A stretch of DNA of 64,000 bases from Spirochaetales bacterium (GTDB lineage: Bacteria > Spirochaetota > Spirochaetia > JABEVK01), in contig DAIDHT010000014.1 of the NCBI GenBank assembly GCA_027451945.1, positions 29,628 through 93,627 of the forward strand, read 5' to 3'. Of the stretch, positions 63,119 through 64,000 are shown one piece after another. Below the pieces are notes generated by a model. The model ran no database searches and had not been told where the DNA came from. It saw nothing but the letters and a program-made list of their open reading frames with translations. How positions within the stretch are numbered: the first letter of the stretch is position 1; every line of letters begins with the position of its first letter. Made by a program: the position numbers and the translations under genes.

Positions 63119-64000
63119 TTATTTCGTCATTTTCAAGTCAGAAGCTTTGACGTAACCGCTGTTCACGACATCCATGACGTTAGCCTTGGTGATGACTTCA
63201 GGCGCCAGGAGCAGTGAGGGAACATCAACGCTACCGTTGTTGACAGTCTGGTTGGCCGAAACACCAGCGAAGGTGATGGCGGACACAGGTTGACCCTGAG
63301 CCAGAGCAATAGCGGCGGCGACAGAAGCTTCAGCTTCTTTGCGGTTATCCTTGAACACGGTCATGCCTTGGGTACCGTCAAGGATTCTCTGCAGACCAGC
63401 AACTTCAGCATCCTGACCGGTGACGGCCACTTTGCCTTCGAGTTTCTGAGCGGTAAGAGCCTGAATAGCACCACCAGCGGTACCATCGTTGGGAGCCAGG
63501 ATGGCGTTGATCTTGTTCTTGTTGGCAGTCAGAGCCTGCTCAACAATGGTCAAAGCGTTCGAGGGCAGCCAGTTCGCTACAGCCTGATCGCCAACGATCT
63601 TGATGTCGCCCTTCTTGACGAGAGGCTCGATCACGCTCATGGCGCCTTGCTTGAAGAGCTTGGCATTGTTGTCGCCGGGGTCGCCTGACATAATCAGGTA
63701 GTTTCCTTTCGGAACGGCTTTGGTCAGCCATTCACCCTGCAGTTCACCAACTTTCACGTTGTCGAAAGAAACGTAGAGGGCAATGTTCGGGGTGTCCAGG
63801 ATCAAGCGGTCATAAGAAACAACCGGCACTTTCTGAGCGGCAGCCTTGTTAGCCATCGCAGCAGCGGTGGTAGCATCGGCAGGAGCCAGAATCAGGGCCT
63901 GAATGCCCTGGCTGAGCAGAGAGTCAACTTGGGTAGCCTGCTGAGCGGCATCGGCGTCAGCGGACTGAACCTTAAGAATAACTCCAGCCGCTTCAGCGGC
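63119..64000 (-). CDS. xylF: Xylose-type ABC substrate-binding protein, 5' end beyond the window
   Basis: Frame open to 64000; SYDRLI, FDNVKVGELQ, DNNAKLF, NW, PNDGTAGG, TGQDA. Confidence 0.87.
   Translation of the reverse strand, partial: AAEAAGVILKVQSADADAAQQATQVDSLLSQGIQALILAPADATTAAAMANKAAAQKVPVVSYDRLILDTPNIALYVSFDNVKVGELQGEWLTKAVPKGNYLIMSGDPGDNNAKLFKQGAMSVIEPLVKKGDIKIVGDQAVANWLPSNALTIVEQALTANKNKINAILAPNDGTAGGAIQALTAQKLEGKVAVTGQDAEVAGLQRILDGTQGMTVFKDNRKEAEASVAAAIALAQGQPVSAITFAGVSANQTVNNGSVDVPSLLLAPEVITKANVMDVVNSGYVKASDLKMTK

Noticed and set aside
1-64000. tRNA, rRNA, transposase, integrase or prophage genes
   Set aside because: None recognised; intergenic gaps are short and otherwise explained. 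A covariance-model scan was not run.

Overview
Chromosomal window of a free-living bacterium, most likely a spirochaete (inferred from the gene families and lipoprotein style, not proven). No rRNA, tRNA, CRISPR array or mobile element is evident. Content in order: a partial SF1 helicase missing from the ORF track; MFS transporter; kdpABCDE; diguanylate cyclase; surface lipoproteins; GT4 glycosyltransferase; HU-like/Ig-like protein; an Rnf/NQR-like operon lacking NqrA/RnfC/RnfB; a lipoprotein isoamylase; bioB and bioAFGCD; a LoaP-headed operon (NDP-sugar dehydratase, DegT aminotransferase, degenerate xanthine-dehydrogenase-like trimer); a TPR/MltD cluster; icd; aroD-aroE; argH; ABC-F; and a xylose-type ABC operon. 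The main novelties are: (1) an unannotated 37-aa peptide (14887..15000, minus) with an exact lasso-type RRE leader motif but an 8-aa non-lasso beta-strand core, with no maturases in the window and placed directly ahead of a surface lipoprotein; (2) a catalytically dead ABC ATPase domain fused to a PP2C phosphatase in the sugar ABC operon; (3) an apparently Moco-less XDH-like complex coupled to sugar-nucleotide enzymes; (4) the NqrA-less NQR with HMA and Cys/His partner genes. Candidate ATT/CTG starts, leaderless promoters and recurrent short tandem duplications were also seen. All calls come from manual reading; no database searches were run.
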